Below, one piece after another: positions 13,113 to 26,136 of a stretch of DNA of 64,000 bases. The stretch lies in contig CAWHOY010000006.1 of NCBI GenBank assembly GCA_963831155.1, positions 138,987-202,986 on the forward strand, read 5' to 3'. The notes beneath the pieces are model-generated. The model was not told the DNA's origin. It saw only the letters and a list, made by a program, of their open reading frames with translations, and searched no databases. Each line of letters begins with the position of its first letter. Within the stretch, counting starts at the first letter, position 1. A program made the translations under genes and the position numbers. The stretch comes from an uncultured Acidimicrobiaceae bacterium. GTDB lineage: Bacteria; Actinomycetota; Acidimicrobiia; Acidimicrobiales; Bog-793.

Positions 13113-14096
13113 TCAGGAGATCTGTCTCTCGGCGCTCCCGGCCGGAAGACGCCGGGGCGCAAACCAGACCCTCGCGGCAGAAATCGGCGCGCGTTCGACG
13201 GCTTGAAAGCCAAGGTGTGCGAGAAACGCCGCTTGTTCTTCGGCCGACGCCGCGACGTACAACCATTCGGCGCCGAGGCCGGACGCGGCCCGCTCGATCG
13301 CCCTGACAAGCGCCCGGCCGATCCCTTTACCGCGGCGAGCGTTCTCGACACACCACTTCTCGATGACAAGTTGGGATCCCACCGTCGCGCCAAGCGCCTG
13401 GGCGACGACCTCGTTGCCCTCCCGTCCGATCACCGCGACTGGCTGACCGCCGTCGAGACGCCGCATCTCGTTCTCTTCGAACACTGCATCCGGACCGGGT
13501 TCGCGCGATACGGCGAAGGCGATCGCCAGGCCGCCGCGATCCGCTTGCGTCCCCGCACCGAGTAGGACGTCAGCGAGTGGCTGCCAGGGATGGCGATCTT
13601 GTTCGTGGTGCTGTTCGTACAGCCTGAGCACCGACAGCACGGTCCCTTCCCTGAAATTTCCGAAGAGCTCAATTGCGGACGCGATCGCGTGCCGTTCCAT
13701 GCGGCTCGAGAGCGTGACGTGCGCAGAGAACGGGCGGCTCGGTCGACTCGTCGGTGCCGTCAGCGGTGGAGCGTCGAGGCGCCGCTGCAGCCGTGCGATG
13801 CGAGCTGACGGATCGCTGACCGCGAGGTACAGGACCGGTGATCTCGACGAGAACGAGCGGGCGGGACCGAGCTCGACCGCGATCGGCTCCTCGTGTGCCA
13901 CGGAGCGAAGCAATGCGAGCGCGCTCGGAAGGTCGGACTGCGCGACGTTCACCGGCGGGACGAGCGTGAGGTGGGGCGAAATCCGGCCGAGGGACGAAGA
14001 GCCGATCGCGCGACGCAGCCCGTCGACCTCGGACGCGACCGCACCGGTGATCTCGAGGGCGACGAACAACCGGCGTCGCGCTCGAAATGGCGTCAC
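13113..14096 (-). CDS. fusion protein: 2H phosphoesterase (LigT-like) N-terminal domain + GNAT acetyltransferase C-terminal domain
   Basis: Two HxT/S motifs (SPHLTLV, SAHVTLS) lie in the first ~190 aa. An acetyl-CoA motif (RRGKGIGRALV) is in the last ~120 aa. GTG 14096 overlaps the atpC stop (GTGA). Confidence 0.7.
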   Translation of the reverse strand: MTPFRARRRLFVALEITGAVASEVDGLRRAIGSSSLGRISPHLTLVPPVNVAQSDLPSALALLRSVAHEEPIAVELGPARSFSSRSPVLYLAVSDPSARIARLQRRLDAPPLTAPTSRPSRPFSAHVTLSSRMERHAIASAIELFGNFREGTVLSVLRLYEQHHEQDRHPWQPLADVLLGAGTQADRGGLAIAFAVSREPGPDAVFEENEMRRLDGGQPVAVIGREGNEVVAQALGATVGSQLVIEKWCVENARRGKGIGRALVRAIERAASGLGAEWLYVAASAEEQAAFLAHLGFQAVERAPISAARVWFAPRRLPAGSAERQIS

Positions 14097-14566
14097 GTCG
14101 ACGCGTCCACCCCCGACGCCTCGAGGCGGGCGCGAGCGCGCCGGAGGGCTGATTCGGCGGCGGAGATTTCGGCGTCGGTGCTCTCGCCCGTCTCGCCAGC
14201 AGCCTCACCACGGTGTTCACTGAGGGAGGCGAGGCGTTGTTCGGCTCGCTCGGCCGCACGGCGCGCCCGATCGATGTCGATCTCATCGGAGAGCTCGCCG
14301 ACCGGGGCGAGGATGACGAGGCCCTCTTCGAAGACGTGCACCGTCCCGCCGTCGACGGCCGCACGCACGACCCGTGCCTCGGAATCGGATTCGGCGCCAG
14401 CGGTCGTGATCCGAACCGCTGTGACGCCTGACGCCCCGATGAAGTCTTCGTGGTGCGCGAGGAAGGCAATCTCGCCGATTTCGGTGCGCATCGAGACCTC
14501 CTCGGCATCACCGTCGAAAAGCGAGCGCTCGGGAGTGACGAGCGCGACGTGGAACGGGGTTGCCAT
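14093..14566 (-). CDS. atpC: F1 ATP synthase epsilon subunit
   Basis: Position after atpD and typical N-terminal beta-sandwich sequence. It has a longer than usual C-terminal helical tail (157 aa). Confidence 0.9.
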   Translation of the reverse strand: MATPFHVALVTPERSLFDGDAEEVSMRTEIGEIAFLAHHEDFIGASGVTAVRITTAGAESDSEARVVRAAVDGGTVHVFEEGLVILAPVGELSDEIDIDRARRAAERAEQRLASLSEHRGEAAGETGESTDAEISAAESALRRARARLEASGVDAST

Positions 14567-14569
14567 CGA

Positions 14570-16968
<2,399 letters not shown>

Positions 16969-16986
16969 GCCAGGGTTCCCTTGACC

Positions 16987-18567
16987 TCAGCCCGCCTGCT
17001 CGTCCGACTTCGGTTCTTCGCTCTCATCGGCCGTAGCCGGTTGCTCCTCGTCAGACGATCCGGCGAAGGACGAGGCGATCTGTTTGATCACCTCGTCGAC
17101 CTCTTTTTCGTCCGGCATCGTGCCTGTCGTGCGGATGTGTTCCAAAAGCTCCGGATGCGCCGTCTTGAACTCGGTACGCAGAACCTGTTCGAACTGGCGG
17201 ACTTCCTCTGTCGGGATCTTGTCGACGAAGCCTTTTACGCCGGCGTAGATGACGATGATCTCTTCTTCGACCGGCAACGGCTCGTTCTGCCCCTGCTTCA
17301 ACAGTTCGACCAACCGGTAGCCGCGGTCGAGCTGTGCCTGCGAGGCGCGGTCGAGTTCGGAGCCGAACGTTGCGAACGCCTCGAGGTCCCGGAACTGCGC
17401 GAGGTCGATCTTCAGCGAGCCGACGACCGACTTCATCGCCTTGATCTGCGCCGCGCCGCCAACCCGGCTGACAGAGTTGCCGACGTTCATCGCCGGGCGG
17501 ACGCCAGAATTGAACAGGTCGGTCTCCAAAAAGATCTGGCCGTCTGTGATCGAAATGACGTTCGTCGGGATGTAGGCGGAGATATCGCCGCCTTTCGTCT
17601 CGATGATCGGCAACGCCGTTAACGAGCCGCCCCCGCGCTCGTTTGAAAGCTTCGCCGCCCGCTCGAGCAGCCGGCTGTGGAGATAAAAGACGTCGCCCGG
17701 GTACGCCTCGCGCCCCGGTGGCCGACGCAGGAGCAGCGAGATCTGGCGGTAGGCGTCTGCTTGCTTTGACAGGTCGTCGTAGACGATCAGCGCGTGCTCG
17801 CCGCGCTCCATCCAGTGCTGGCCCATCGCACAGCCCGAGTACGGGGCGAGGTACTTGAACGGCGCGGGCTCCGACGCCGGAGCCGCAACGACGACCGTGT
17901 ATTCGAGCGCGCCGTGAGCCTCGAAGGTGGCCACGGTCTGCGAGACGGTCGAGCCCTTTTGGCCGATCGCCACGTAGATGCACTTCACGCCGGTACCCTT
18001 TTGATTGAGGATCGTGTCGACGGCGACGGTCGTCTTTCCGGTCTTGCGATCACCGATGATCAGTTCGCGCTGACCCCTTCCGATCGGTGTCAACGCGTCG
18101 ATGACCTTGATCCCGGTTTGGAGGGGCTCGGAGACCGGCTGGCGGTCGACGATGCCGGGAGCCTGGACTTCGAGACGGCGCAGCTCGACGTCGCCGAGGG
18201 GACCTTTGCCATCGAGGGGCTCGCCGAGCGGGTTCACGACACGACCCAACAGCGCATCACCGACGGGGACCGAGAGGATGCGGCCGGTCGCTCGCACCGT
18301 CTGACCCTCGTCTAGGCCCTCGACGTCGCCGAGGACAACGGCGCCGATCTCGTCCTCGTCCAGGTTCAACGCCAGGCCGAGCGTGCCGTTCTCGAATTCC
18401 AACAACTCGTTCACCGAGGCGTGCGGCAGCCCGGCGATGTGCGCGATGCCGTCGCCGACCTCGGCGATCCGGCCGACTTGCTCCGTCGAGATCTCGGTAC
18501 GCAGCTCCGCGACGTGTCGCTCCAAGACCGCGGCGATCTCTTGCGCGTCGATCGTCAGCTCAGACAT
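16987..18567 (-). CDS. atpA: F1 ATP synthase alpha subunit
   Basis: Walker A GDRKTGKT. 526 aa with an acidic C-terminal extension. Confidence 0.97.
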   Translation of the reverse strand: MSELTIDAQEIAAVLERHVAELRTEISTEQVGRIAEVGDGIAHIAGLPHASVNELLEFENGTLGLALNLDEDEIGAVVLGDVEGLDEGQTVRATGRILSVPVGDALLGRVVNPLGEPLDGKGPLGDVELRRLEVQAPGIVDRQPVSEPLQTGIKVIDALTPIGRGQRELIIGDRKTGKTTVAVDTILNQKGTGVKCIYVAIGQKGSTVSQTVATFEAHGALEYTVVVAAPASEPAPFKYLAPYSGCAMGQHWMERGEHALIVYDDLSKQADAYRQISLLLRRPPGREAYPGDVFYLHSRLLERAAKLSNERGGGSLTALPIIETKGGDISAYIPTNVISITDGQIFLETDLFNSGVRPAMNVGNSVSRVGGAAQIKAMKSVVGSLKIDLAQFRDLEAFATFGSELDRASQAQLDRGYRLVELLKQGQNEPLPVEEEIIVIYAGVKGFVDKIPTEEVRQFEQVLRTEFKTAHPELLEHIRTTGTMPDEKEVDEVIKQIASSFAGSSDEEQPATADESEEPKSDEQAG

Positions 18568-18614
18568 CGAATAGCTCCTTTTTCCTGGCCGATCTCGTCA
18601 TTGGCCTTTTGACC

Positions 18615-19517
18615 TCAGGATGCCTTGACGAGCAAGTCGCGGAGCCGCTCGACGCGCAGGCGTACCGTGCCGTCGAGTATCAGGTCTCCGACGTTGACGC
18701 GGATCCCTCCGATCACTGACGGGTCGATGATCCCGCGCACCTCGACGTTGCGATCCGTGAGACGCGAAAGCGCTGTGCCGACGCGCTCACTCTCGTCGTC
18801 GTCGAGGGGCACCGCGCTGCGCACGTCGGCAATGCGGCGTCCACGCTCATCGGCTGCCAGTTGGACGAGCCAGTCGATCGCGCCGACCAGATCGCGCAGC
18901 CGCCCGGCTCGGATCACGTAGTCCACGAGACGCACCGTCGTTTCGTGGAAGGATCGCGCGAACAGGTCGCCGATGACCGCCGCGCGTCCCGAGTACGTGA
19001 GATTGCCGTCGCTGAGGACCTCGCGCAGATCCCGGCTCGACTCGAGGACGCGCGCGATTTGGAAGAGTTCGTCCTCGACGACGTCGATATCGGACCTCGA
19101 CTCGAGCTCCTGCAGCAGACGCTCGGCGTAGCCGCTGATCCGCCCGAGGATCTCTCCGCGGCTCGCCGGCGGTTCGGGTTCGATCGGGGCGCCGCTTTCG
19201 ACACGGTCGATCTCTGCTTCAGCGAGCTCGACAAGTTCGGCAAGCGTCGAGGGGATCTCCGAGGCGCGCTCGCTCGCGACGGTGAAGCCGGCTAGCGAGA
19301 CCGAGATGCGTTCGGCCTTTCCTTCCAAGAGCTCGATCACGATGGCACGCCGCGCCGCGGGCGGGATCACCGCGTCCGTGAGCACGAGGCGCAAGTCGTC
19401 CGACGAGTTCACCGCTCGCGCGATGCCGACCAGGTCCCCGCGCAGGGTTGCCAACGTGCGTGAGCGGTCCGCCGATTCCAAGATCGCAGCGGCATAGCCG
19501 CGGATCGTCTCGCGCAC
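18615..19517 (-). CDS. atpH: F1 ATP synthase delta (OSCP) subunit with duplicated N-terminal domain
   Basis: 300 aa. Residues ~5-100 and ~125-220 align with each other (I.GYA...DL..IARV..SS.DLR.VL.D...R.AVI). A canonical delta C-terminus follows (IGGIRVNVGDLILDGTVR). Confidence 0.88.
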   Translation of the reverse strand: MRETIRGYAAAILESADRSRTLATLRGDLVGIARAVNSSDDLRLVLTDAVIPPAARRAIVIELLEGKAERISVSLAGFTVASERASEIPSTLAELVELAEAEIDRVESGAPIEPEPPASRGEILGRISGYAERLLQELESRSDIDVVEDELFQIARVLESSRDLREVLSDGNLTYSGRAAVIGDLFARSFHETTVRLVDYVIRAGRLRDLVGAIDWLVQLAADERGRRIADVRSAVPLDDDESERVGTALSRLTDRNVEVRGIIDPSVIGGIRVNVGDLILDGTVRLRVERLRDLLVKAS

Positions 19518-20020
19518 TAGACGGCCCGCTCGGATTCGGCTGCCGCTATCGCTTCGGCGATGAGTCGGCGATGGACCGGCTCGTCAAGCTCCGCTGCGAC
19601 GACTCGCGCTGCGGCGCTGACGATCGCGGAGCCGACCTCTTCGAGGATCTCTTCGCGGATCTGGGCCCGGGCGAGATCGATGGCGGAAGCGGCACGGACG
19701 AGCGCGCGCTGGTACTCCTCGTCGGCTCGTTCCCTGCCCTGAGCCAAAAGTCCTTCGGAGTTGCGCTGCGCCTGGGCGACGATCGACTCCGCCTCGGCTC
19801 GTGCTCTCTCGAGCGCCGCTTTCCGCGCTGTCAACAGCTGCTCTGCTTCTTCGCGGATCCGTTCCCCGGCGGTCAGCTGCTCCCGGATCGCATCGGTCTG
19901 GCGGTTCATCGCCCGACGCAACGGCGGTGCGACGAACCGCCAGATGAACGCGACGAACAGGACGATCGCGACCCACTCAAGCGCGTAGGAAATTCCGAAG
20001 TTCGACGAAGCGAGGATCAC
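19517..20020 (-). CDS. atpF: Fo ATP synthase subunit b
   Basis: One N-terminal TM helix then a long charged helix. GTG 20020 overlaps the upstream stop (GTGA). Confidence 0.88.
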   Translation of the reverse strand: MILASSNFGISYALEWVAIVLFVAFIWRFVAPPLRRAMNRQTDAIREQLTAGERIREEAEQLLTARKAALERARAEAESIVAQAQRNSEGLLAQGRERADEEYQRALVRAASAIDLARAQIREEILEEVGSAIVSAAARVVAAELDEPVHRRLIAEAIAAAESERAV

Positions 20021-20553
20021 TGACGTCGTCCGCTCTGCCGGGCGCGCTCGTCGGCAAGTGCGAGTTCCTCGGCGATTAGCCCGCGGTGTCGACTGGTGTC
20101 CAGGCCACCGCCGACGATGCGCTCTGCCGCCTCGACGACGAGCGCCTCCGCACGCGCGAGCAACTCGGCACGGACCCGATCCCGCTCGCGGTCGATCCCC
20201 TCGGATGCTGCTTGGACCCGACGATCGTGTTCTTCCTGACCGCGAGCACGCGCGTCGTGCAGGAGGTCGTCAACTTCGCGCGAGGCATCTTGGAGGATCT
20301 GCCGCGCCTTGGCGCGCGCGTCGGCGAGCGCCTTCAGCCTCTCGGCTTCGAGACGCGCGGCCTCCCGGCGTGCCGATTCGGCGGAGTCCTGCTCATTCCG
20401 CACCGACTCGTCCCGATCCCGCATCACCTTTTGGATCGGCGGGAGGATGAACTTCGCAACGATCCCGAGGACGATGATGAAAAGGATCAGTTCGACGAAG
20501 AATGTCGCGTTCGGAACGATGAAGTTGTTGCTGCTACTGGAGCTCGCGAGCAC
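20017..20553 (-). CDS. atpF: Fo ATP synthase subunit b' (second b paralog)
   Basis: Same architecture (TM helix FFVELILFIIVLGIVAKFILPPI followed by a charged coiled helix), directly after atpE. Confidence 0.85.
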   Translation of the reverse strand: MLASSSSSNNFIVPNATFFVELILFIIVLGIVAKFILPPIQKVMRDRDESVRNEQDSAESARREAARLEAERLKALADARAKARQILQDASREVDDLLHDARARGQEEHDRRVQAASEGIDRERDRVRAELLARAEALVVEAAERIVGGGLDTSRHRGLIAEELALADERARQSGRRQ

Positions 20554-20571
20554 AGCGATTCGCCCTGGTTC

Positions 20572-20889
<318 letters not shown>

Positions 20890-21624
20890 TCAGTGATCTC
20901 CCGCGACGGCGGATCCGAAGTACAGCACGGTCAGCAGCGAGAAGATAAACGCCTGTACCGGACCCACGAATAATCCGTCGAAGAGTTTCCAGATCAGGTC
21001 GAGTATCGGGATCGACGGATAGAGAACCGGGATCACGCCGGCGATAATGACGAGCAGAAGGGCGCCGGAGAAAATATTGCCAAAGAGTCGCAACGCCAGC
21101 GTGACCGGCTTCACGAGCTCTTCGATGACGTTGATCGGAAAGAGCGCCTTGAACGGCTTGAAGTAGTGCGCGAGATAGTTGCGCAAACCGTGCTTGGCGA
21201 TCCATGTCGCGTGCATCAGCAAGATGACGAACACGGCGAGCGCGGCGGTGAAGTTCACGTCCGCGGCCGGAGCGGGGAGATATTGGGGCGTGTGACCAGT
21301 CGGGATGAGCTCGAGCCAGTTCGCGATCAGGATGAAGACGAAAAGCGTGAGAGCAAGAGGGATGATCGGATCCCCGGCGTCGCCCATCGAAGAGTGCACT
21401 TGGTTCTCGACGCCGCGGATGATCGTCTCGAACGCGAGCTGGAACTTGCCAGGTACCCCTGAAGTCGCCTTGGCACGGAGATAGAAGCCGAGGGCGAGCA
21501 CGATCGCTCCGGCGACAACGGTCGAAAGCACGGTGTCGACGTTCACGGTGAGGCCGAACCACTTCTCCGTGATGTGCTTGCCGACGTCGTTCGAGTTCAG
21601 CCCGGCGAGCACCGGTCCGATCAC
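20890..21624 (-). CDS. atpB: Fo ATP synthase subunit a
   Basis: Polytopic membrane protein with the conserved LALRLFGNIFSG arginine helix. Confidence 0.95.
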   Translation of the reverse strand: MIGPVLAGLNSNDVGKHITEKWFGLTVNVDTVLSTVVAGAIVLALGFYLRAKATSGVPGKFQLAFETIIRGVENQVHSSMGDAGDPIIPLALTLFVFILIANWLELIPTGHTPQYLPAPAADVNFTAALAVFVILLMHATWIAKHGLRNYLAHYFKPFKALFPINVIEELVKPVTLALRLFGNIFSGALLLVIIAGVIPVLYPSIPILDLIWKLFDGLFVGPVQAFIFSLLTVLYFGSAVAGDH

Positions 21625-22046
21625 AGAGTGACCCCCGTGGTTCCCTGCGCGAAGAGGCTTCGAACGAGGCTCCCGAGCAACAGGAAGTAGAACAGCGCGA
21701 TCCCCCCAGCGGCGCAGATGCCGAGCGTCACCGACGCGAACGCCAGCCCCACGACGACGACCGTCGTCACGCCGAGCCGGGCGAGGGTGCTCGAGGCGAG
21801 GGCCCGGCGAGGATGTGCGTGCCCGGATGCGTTCACCTTCGCCACCGAGCGCGCGACGAGACGGATGTTGGCGAGGCCGAGGGCGAGACCGATGCAGACG
21901 CCAAGGCCGATCAACGGACGGGAGAACGCGAGCGAAATCCCGAACGCGATCGCCCCGACGATGAGGCCGCCGAAGACCGTCCGGCGCACGACGCGGGTCA
22001 TCTCGGACAGCGGTAACTGTTCGAACAGTTGGGAGAGTCGATCCAT
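21621..22046 (-). CDS. ATP synthase protein I-like membrane protein
   Basis: About four TM helices, immediately upstream of and overlapping atpB. Start taken at ATG 22046. Confidence 0.6.
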   Translation of the reverse strand: MDRLSQLFEQLPLSEMTRVVRRTVFGGLIVGAIAFGISLAFSRPLIGLGVCIGLALGLANIRLVARSVAKVNASGHAHPRRALASSTLARLGVTTVVVVGLAFASVTLGICAAGGIALFYFLLLGSLVRSLFAQGTTGVTL

Positions 22047-22100
22047 ACTCGTCTTCGTTGCGCGTCGGGTCCGGCGCAAACCGGACCGCACGTTAGTGAC

Positions 22101-22304
22101 TCAGAGACATCTCTTGATCATGAAATACGTGGCCACCACCGCGGCGGCCACGCCGATTCCGAGTCCGGCGAAGGTCACCGCCGGCCCGGCACCGGTCGCC
22201 TCCGCGATCCAGTAGCCGACGCCGACGCCGATCGCGACGCAGGCACCGGCCGTCAGCCCGACCCCGGCGAGCTCAGCGAGCGTCGGAGACGGCCGCCTTG
22301 CCAC
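22101..22304 (-). CDS. AtpZ/AtpI-type small membrane protein (putative F0F1-ATPase accessory subunit)
   Basis: 67 aa with two Gly/Ala-rich TM helices. It sits at the head of the atp operon. Confidence 0.6.
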   Translation of the reverse strand: MARRPSPTLAELAGVGLTAGACVAIGVGVGYWIAEATGAGPAVTFAGLGIGVAAAVVATYFMIKRCL

Positions 22305-22313
22305 CGGGGCGGC

Positions 22314-23705
22314 TTATCCTCGCATCTCGCCACGCGACTCGCCAAAACGCGCCGCGTGTGTGTCAACACCCGGCGCAGGCTGCTCGCTAGGCGGCCGGAG
22401 ACGCCGCCTCGGGATGAGCACATGGCGACGCCGGCGACGACGCCGGGGGGAAGCGAGGTCGGACTCCCCGGCCACAGCCACACCCGCCGCCGTCGACATC
22501 ACGACCGAGATCGGAGGGGTCACCCCTTCTGGTGCGGTCGGCTCCGGCGTCGCCAGTTCCGGCGTTTCCTCGGTGGGCTCGACGGCGGTCGAGGGCCGCC
22601 CAGCCGGACGGAAGATCGTGTAGAGCACGGCGACCGAGAACGCCGCCACGAAGGGGACGAAGGCGTTCACCTTCAAGACGAACGTCGGCAAAATTGCGAA
22701 GGCGGAGAGCACGGCCGTCCACGCCCAGAGGATCAGCACCGACCGGCGCTGGCCGTGACCGAGGCGGATCAGCCGGTAGTGCAAGTGCCCGAGATCGCGT
22801 TCGGCGATGCTCACCCCGCGCACGGTACGGCGCACGATCGCGAAGACCGTGTCGAGGATCGGGACTCCGAGAATGAAGATCGGGATGAAAAGCGGTGCGA
22901 ACCGGAAGAAAGTGAGGCCGGATACGTCGGTCCCGGCAACCCCGTTCACCGTCGTCCGCCCGCCGATCACCATCGTCGCTGCCGCAACCAGCAGCCCGAG
23001 GAACAGCGCCCCCGAGTCCCCCATGAACTGGCGTGCCGGATAGAAGTTGTGCGGTAGGAACCCGATACAGACTCCAAAGGTGATCGCCGCGACCAAAGGG
23101 CCGAGGTTGTCCGGGGTCAGGTTGCCGAGCGTTTCCAGTCGCAGGCCGTAGACGCACAGCGCCGCGGCACCGATCGCGACGACGCCGGCCGCGAGTCCGT
23201 CCAGGCCGTCGATCAAATTGACGGCGTTCGCCATGCCGACGACCCAGATCGCGGTGACGAGCGGCAGCACCGACGGCGAGAGCACGTAGATCGTCGGGAA
23301 GAAGGGCAACTTGAAGTACTCCATCGTGACGCCCAAAAAGACGAGCACCATCGCCGCGAACACCTGGCCGGCGACCTTCGCCGGTGGCGAAATGTTCCTC
23401 ACGTCGTCGATCAGCCCGACCGCATAGATAAAGAGCGCCGCGAGCCCGACTCCGAGCGGTTCGGTCGAGCCGCGGAAGATCGACGACAGGTCGCCGAGCT
23501 GCGACGCGACCAGCAACGCGACTCCGAAACCGAGCAGCATCGACGTGCCGCCGATCGTCGGAACAGGGCGGGCGTGGACGCGCTCGAGACTCGGCTGATC
23601 GACCGCTCCAAAGGCGGTCGCCACCTTGCGGACCGGGTAACCGAGAGCGAACGTCGCCACGGCGGCGATCGCGACGACGAGCCCGTACTCGTCGTAGAGG
23701 TTCAT
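22314..23705 (-). CDS. wecA: undecaprenyl-phosphate GlcNAc-1-phosphate transferase (MraY/WecA family, GT4)
   Basis: Motif NAVNLIDGLDGLAAG and many TM helices. ATG 23705 overlaps the glyA stop (TGATG). It has a ~100-aa Pro/Thr/Glu-rich and poly-Arg C-terminal tail. Confidence 0.85.
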   Translation of the reverse strand: MNLYDEYGLVVAIAAVATFALGYPVRKVATAFGAVDQPSLERVHARPVPTIGGTSMLLGFGVALLVASQLGDLSSIFRGSTEPLGVGLAALFIYAVGLIDDVRNISPPAKVAGQVFAAMVLVFLGVTMEYFKLPFFPTIYVLSPSVLPLVTAIWVVGMANAVNLIDGLDGLAAGVVAIGAAALCVYGLRLETLGNLTPDNLGPLVAAITFGVCIGFLPHNFYPARQFMGDSGALFLGLLVAAATMVIGGRTTVNGVAGTDVSGLTFFRFAPLFIPIFILGVPILDTVFAIVRRTVRGVSIAERDLGHLHYRLIRLGHGQRRSVLILWAWTAVLSAFAILPTFVLKVNAFVPFVAAFSVAVLYTIFRPAGRPSTAVEPTEETPELATPEPTAPEGVTPPISVVMSTAAGVAVAGESDLASPRRRRRRRHVLIPRRRLRPPSEQPAPGVDTHAARFGESRGEMRG

Positions 23706-25009
23706 CAAGTACTCCGGTCTGACTCCCGCATCGCTGCGAGCGCCGCGTACGGGTCGAACTTCGCACACAACTCGTGCACTTCGGCTTGCACCTCGTCGAG
23801 GACCTTTTCGTCGTTGCGGTTGCGCAGCACCGTCGCCAACAACTCGCCGATGCGGCGCATCTCGGGCTCCCCCATCCCTGCCGTCGTCTCAGCGGCGCTG
23901 CCCAGGCGAAGTCCGCTCGTCACGAACGGCGAGCGCGGGTCGTTCGGGATCTGGTTGCGGTTGCAGGTGATCCCGACCCGATCGAGCACGTCCTGGGCTT
24001 CTTTCCCGGTCAGTTCGGCGTCGAAGGTGCGCAGGTCGACGAGGACGGTGTGGTTCTCCGTCCCGCCGGCGACGAGGCGGAAGCCCTCCGCGTTCAGCGA
24101 GCCGGCGAGCATCGCCGCATTGACGAGGATCTGTGCCGCATACGCCTTGAACGACTCGGTGGCCGCCTCACCGAACGCGACTGCCTTCGCCGCGATGACG
24201 TGGTCCAGCGGTCCGCCCTGCAGGCCGGGGAAAACCGCGGCGTCGATCGCGCGGGCGTGGGCTTCGTCGGTCAGGATCGCCCCGCCCCGCGGTCCGCGCA
24301 AGGTCTTGTGGGTGGTGAAAGTGACGACGTCGGCGATGCCGACGGGATTCGGGTGCACGCCACCGGCGATCAGCCCGGCGGGATGCGCGGCGTCGAACAT
24401 GAACAACGCCCCCACTTCGTCGGCGATCTCGCGGAACGGTTGCGGGTCGATGATGCGGGTGTACGCCGTCGTGCCGGCGACGATGAGCTTCGGGCGCTCT
24501 TGGCGGGCCAAGTCGGCGACCTGGTCGAGGTCGATGCGCTCACCGGAGCCGTCGTCGGCCGCCGGCGTGACCCCATAAGCGACGAATCGATAGAGCTTGC
24601 CCGTCACGCTGACGGGGGAACCGTGCGTCAGGTGCCCGCCTTGGTCGAGCCTCATCGCGAGGACCGTCTCTCCGGGCTCGATGAGCGCGAGATAGGCGGC
24701 GAGATTCGCCGACGCCCCGGCGTGGGGCTGGACGTTCGCGTGCTCGGCGCCGAAGAGCGAGGTCGCCCGGTCGCGGGCGAGCGACTCGATCTCGTCGGCG
24801 AACACGTTGCCGCCGTAATAACGACGGCCCGGGTAGCCCTCTGAGTACTTGTTGGTCAGAACTGACGCGGTCGCGCTAAGCACCGCGGGCGACGTGAAGT
24901 TCTCCGACGCGATGAGTTGCACCGTCGTCCGTTGGCGTTCGAGCTCGCGATCAAGGATCGCTTTGACTTCCGGGTCACCCGCGAGCACGTCGGCGTCCAT
25001 TCTCGTCAC
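23705..25009 (-). CDS. glyA: serine hydroxymethyltransferase
   Basis: PLP-lysine motif [14 protein letters not shown]. Full-length 434 aa. Confidence 0.95.
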   Translation of the reverse strand: MTRMDADVLAGDPEVKAILDRELERQRTTVQLIASENFTSPAVLSATASVLTNKYSEGYPGRRYYGGNVFADEIESLARDRATSLFGAEHANVQPHAGASANLAAYLALIEPGETVLAMRLDQGGHLTHGSPVSVTGKLYRFVAYGVTPAADDGSGERIDLDQVADLARQERPKLIVAGTTAYTRIIDPQPFREIADEVGALFMFDAAHPAGLIAGGVHPNPVGIADVVTFTTHKTLRGPRGGAILTDEAHARAIDAAVFPGLQGGPLDHVIAAKAVAFGEAATESFKAYAAQILVNAAMLAGSLNAEGFRLVAGGTENHTVLVDLRTFDAELTGKEAQDVLDRVGITCNRNQIPNDPRSPFVTSGLRLGSAAETTAGMGEPEMRRIGELLATVLRNRNDEKVLDEVQAEVHELCAKFDPYAALAAMRESDRST

Positions 25010-25449
25010 CTTTCTGCGTCGAGCGCGCTGATCTTCTCGATGCGAATCTCATGTCGACCGCCGTCAAACGATGAATCGATGAAGGCGTCGAGCGCGTCGA
25101 CCGCCACGAAATCGCCGAGGAGCCGAGCGCCGAAGCAGACGACGTTCGCGTTGTTGTGGTGCTTTGCGAGGCGCGCGGACGAGACGTCGTGGACAACGGC
25201 GGCGCGGACACCGGGGATCTTGTTCGCCGCGATCGAGATGCCGATCCCGGTTCCGCACACGCAAACACCGACATCGGCGCCGCCCCCGACGACCGCTCGT
25301 CCCACCGCGGCTCCGTAGTCCGGATAGTCGACCGGCGTCTCGTCGTACGTGCCGAGATCGGTGACCTCGTACTCTGACTTTTCGAGGTGTTCACGCAAAA
25401 GCTCTTTCAGCGGGAAACCGGCGTGATCCGACCCGACCGCGAAGCGCAC
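25006..25449 (-). CDS. rpiB: ribose-5-phosphate isomerase B
   Basis: [11 protein letters not shown] and [13 protein letters not shown] motifs. The start is trimmed to GTG 25449. Confidence 0.9.
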   Translation of the reverse strand: MRFAVGSDHAGFPLKELLREHLEKSEYEVTDLGTYDETPVDYPDYGAAVGRAVVGGGADVGVCVCGTGIGISIAANKIPGVRAAVVHDVSSARLAKHHNNANVVCFGARLLGDFVAVDALDAFIDSSFDGGRHEIRIEKISALDAER

Positions 25450-25530
25450 GACAGGCGAGTTTAGGCAGCTATGAGGGAATTTCTCGGACGCTCGTCCAAT
25501 GGTTGAGATCGCACAACACGACCCCGACAA

Positions 25531-26136
25531 TCAATCAGCCGGGGCGGTTGACAGTGCCGAGACGATCTCCTGCCAGGCGATCGGCCCTTCGCGTAGGCAT
25601 CGCGCCTCAGGAGCAACCAGTGAGACGACGCTCGAGGGCACGCCGTCTCGAGTCCCCCCGTCCAACACCACTGTGACTCGGCCGCCGAACACCTCGTCGA
25701 ACTGGGCCGGGTCGGTGATCGGGGGTTCGCCGTGGCGGTTGGCACTCGTGACTGCCAGCGGCCCGACCTTGCGGCAAAGGTCGCGCACCACCTCGTCAGC
25801 AGGACAGCGCAATCCCACGCTCACGCCGTCACCCCCAAGGTGCGCGGACATTGGTGCATTGAGTGCGACGACGATCGTCAGCGCGCCTGGCCAGAAGAAG
25901 CGCGCCAGTTGCGAAAGCTTCGGTTCGGGCCGTCCGATGAAGTCCTCGGCCTGCTCAAGATCAGCGACGAGGACGGGCAACGCGAGGTCGAGCGGTCGCC
26001 CCTTCAGTTCGAAAATCTGTTCGAGGGCGTCCTCTGACGACGCCAACGCGGCGAGCCCGTAGACGGTGTCGGTGGGGATCCCGACGACACCTCTCAAGGA
26101 GAGCGCCATGCCGACTCGCGCTGGGTCCGACGTCAC
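25531..26136 (-). CDS. tsaC: L-threonylcarbamoyladenylate synthase (Sua5/YwlC/TsaC family)
   Basis: PTDTVYGLAA and KGRP motifs. GTG 26136 overlaps the prmC stop (GTGA). Confidence 0.85.
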   Translation of the reverse strand: MTSDPARVGMALSLRGVVGIPTDTVYGLAALASSEDALEQIFELKGRPLDLALPVLVADLEQAEDFIGRPEPKLSQLARFFWPGALTIVVALNAPMSAHLGGDGVSVGLRCPADEVVRDLCRKVGPLAVTSANRHGEPPITDPAQFDEVFGGRVTVVLDGGTRDGVPSSVVSLVAPEARCLREGPIAWQEIVSALSTAPAD

